Origin: Euglena gracilis
Lineage: Eukaryota
Length of the DNA: 64,000 nucleotides
Direction: 5' to 3'
Assembly: GCA_039621445.1 (NCBI GenBank)
Contig: CP154954.1
Coordinates: forward strand, 13,682,387 to 13,746,386
Positions 62,421-64,000 of this stretch are shown here, piece by piece (position 1 is the first letter of the stretch; each line of letters begins with the position of its first letter). A program made the translations under genes and the position numbers. Under the pieces are notes generated by a model that made no database searches, was not told the origin of the DNA, and saw only the letters and a program-made list of their open reading frames with translations.

Positions 62421-62422
62421 AG

Positions 62423-62728
62423 TGTACGTCTGATTCCCAATTCCCAATTCCCAATTCCCAAAAGCCTTCGCTTTCGCCTTGGCGCACCTACTTGGGAACT
62501 GAAAATAAGAGTAACAGTAAAATCCCTTTTCCCACTTCCCAAGAAGCAAAGCACAGAGCAATGCAGGGAGGACGGACTGGATAACCAAGTCCGTCCGGAG
62601 AAAAGGAAAGACAAAACAGAATACCACCTGTGGAGAGAGAAGGGGCACCCATTAGGAAATCCTAATAGGATCTGCTTCCATCCTAACTTCCTCAACGGAA
62701 GGGGACAGAAGCATACGCCTGGTACACA
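62423..62728 (-). repeat. 5' LTR (306 bp)
   Basis: Matches 46227-46526; TGTGTAC...GTACA on the minus strand. Confidence 0.95.
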
Positions 62729-63565
62729 GGAGGGCCATGCCATCGTGGTGGTACGCTGCCGTGGCGCGCCTCTTCGCTCTCGTGGAACAACAGCGCCGCT
62801 GGCCCCGGAGTGTCTGCAGGCCTACGTGGCCATGGTGCCCGTGTCCTCTGGCGGCCCGGCCCCAATACCAGCGGCCCATCACGGGTATCACCGTCCTGGA
62901 GCTGATGTATCGAGTGTAGGCCAAGGGGATTATCACCTCCTGGGCCTCCGCACTTGAGCAGTTCGTGCTGAGTGATGCCGCCTTCGGCTTCCTCTCGCAG
63001 GGGGGTACTCTGACGGCAGCACAGGTGGTCGCGGACCTCATCGAGCGCTCCGCACGCGAGGGCTCCGAGTTGTGGCTCGCGTCCTTCGACGTGATGAAGT
63101 GCTTCGACTCCCTCCCGTGGTGGGCGGTGTTCGGCACCCTTCGACATGCGGGTGTCCCTGCAGCCACGGTGGACTGCTTCGAGGCATTTTACACCCCCGT
63201 CTCCCGTCGCTTCCGGTATGGCCACATCGACGGCTCCTCTTAGCACGCAGCCAATGGCTTGGCCCAAGGTTGCCCTTCCTGCCTTGATCTCTTGAACATC
63301 CTGTTTGAGGGGTTCCACCGATGGGCCGCCACCTGCAGCTGCGGAGTGCATACCGCCGGGCACCGCGTGGCCTCCCTCAGCTTCGCCGACGATCCGGTCC
63401 TGGTGGGCTCCGGCCGCGACGCTGCCACCTCCCTCATCTCCGCCGACCTGCGTTGGTGCGCCTTGCTGGGCGTCCGCGGGACGAACGTGCAGCTGTGGTT
63501 GTCCCTCGGCGCGGGCCTCTCCGTCCCTGTCCAGAACATGGTCCTGACCTCTGTTCCCGCCCATG
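62729..63565 (+). pseudogene. LINE reverse transcriptase (right of Gypsy insertion), 3'-truncated
   Basis: QRPIT..LELMYRV, AFGF, SFDVMKCFDSLPW, GLAQGCP, SFADD. Confidence 0.9.
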
Positions 63566-63760
63566 AGTGTTTCATTTCGGCTTCTCGGCTTTTTGACACA
63601 TTTTTTTTGCGGCTTTTCGGCTTTTTAGCCGTTGTTTTTCGGCTTTTCGGCGATAATGCCGTTCACGTTTGGCTTTTCGGCTTTTTTGCCACTCATTTTT
63701 GGCAATTCGTCTTTTTAGCCCAATACTGCTGCGATTCTGCACTTTCTGTGGCCGTCTTTT
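63566..63760. repeat. CGGCTTTT-motif repeat, probably the end of another element that truncates the LINE
   Basis: Repeated TTCGGCTTTT and abrupt loss of LINE coding character. Confidence 0.45.
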
Positions 63761-64000
63761 GTCTGGTCCTTCTTCCCTTTGTGCTTTGAAGGACTTCCTT
63801 ATTTCGGACGTGAAACGTTCTGCGCAAGACATTCAGTTTTTCACCATGGCACGAAGAAGCAAGAAGACAGGAATTAGTCGTGTGACTGAGTGGAGAAGGC
63901 TGAAAAAATTTCTGGCTTCTGTTAATCAAACGTTTGGTGGTATTTGGGGGCTGGCTGAACACACCCCAGGACGTATTGTCCTTGTTGACACCAAACACAA

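Larger units (their letters stand above)
46227..62728 (-). mobile_element. 16.5-kb Ty3/Gypsy chromovirus-type LTR retrotransposon with methyltransferase domain and giant accessory ORF
   Basis: Paired LTRs (TG...CA), TSD GGAG at 46223-46226 and 62729-62732, PBS, PPT, order gag-PR-MT-RT-RH-IN-chromo. Confidence 0.95.

Overview
Eukaryotic nuclear DNA, most likely from a euglenid, judged from stem-forming non-GT-AG introns. (1) 0.5-23.5 kb: the 3' part of a + strand host gene, reconstructed by hand as 17 short exons. It encodes a STAND/ADCY10-like NTPase with a helical tail. About half of its introns are euglenid-type nonconventional introns, and the introns are filled with microsatellites and hAT-like or other MITEs. 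(2) 23.5-35 kb: repeat-rich intergenic DNA. (3) 35.3-45 kb: two decayed, head-to-tail, mosaic DIRS/PAT-type tyrosine-recombinase retrotransposons (gag-RT-RNaseH-MT-YR). (4) 45-63.6 kb: a LINE with an inverted endonuclease segment, split by a 16.5-kb minus-strand Ty3/Gypsy chromovirus with near-identical LTRs, a GGAG TSD, a PPT and a tRNAi-Met PBS. The Gypsy element is the most unusual object. It has a Dam-like N6-adenine methyltransferase domain in frame between protease and RT, a single-frame ~1,840-codon accessory ORF in the env position with its own splice acceptor, and a duplicated PBS folded into twin-loop hairpins. All calls are by eye from motifs; no database search was run.
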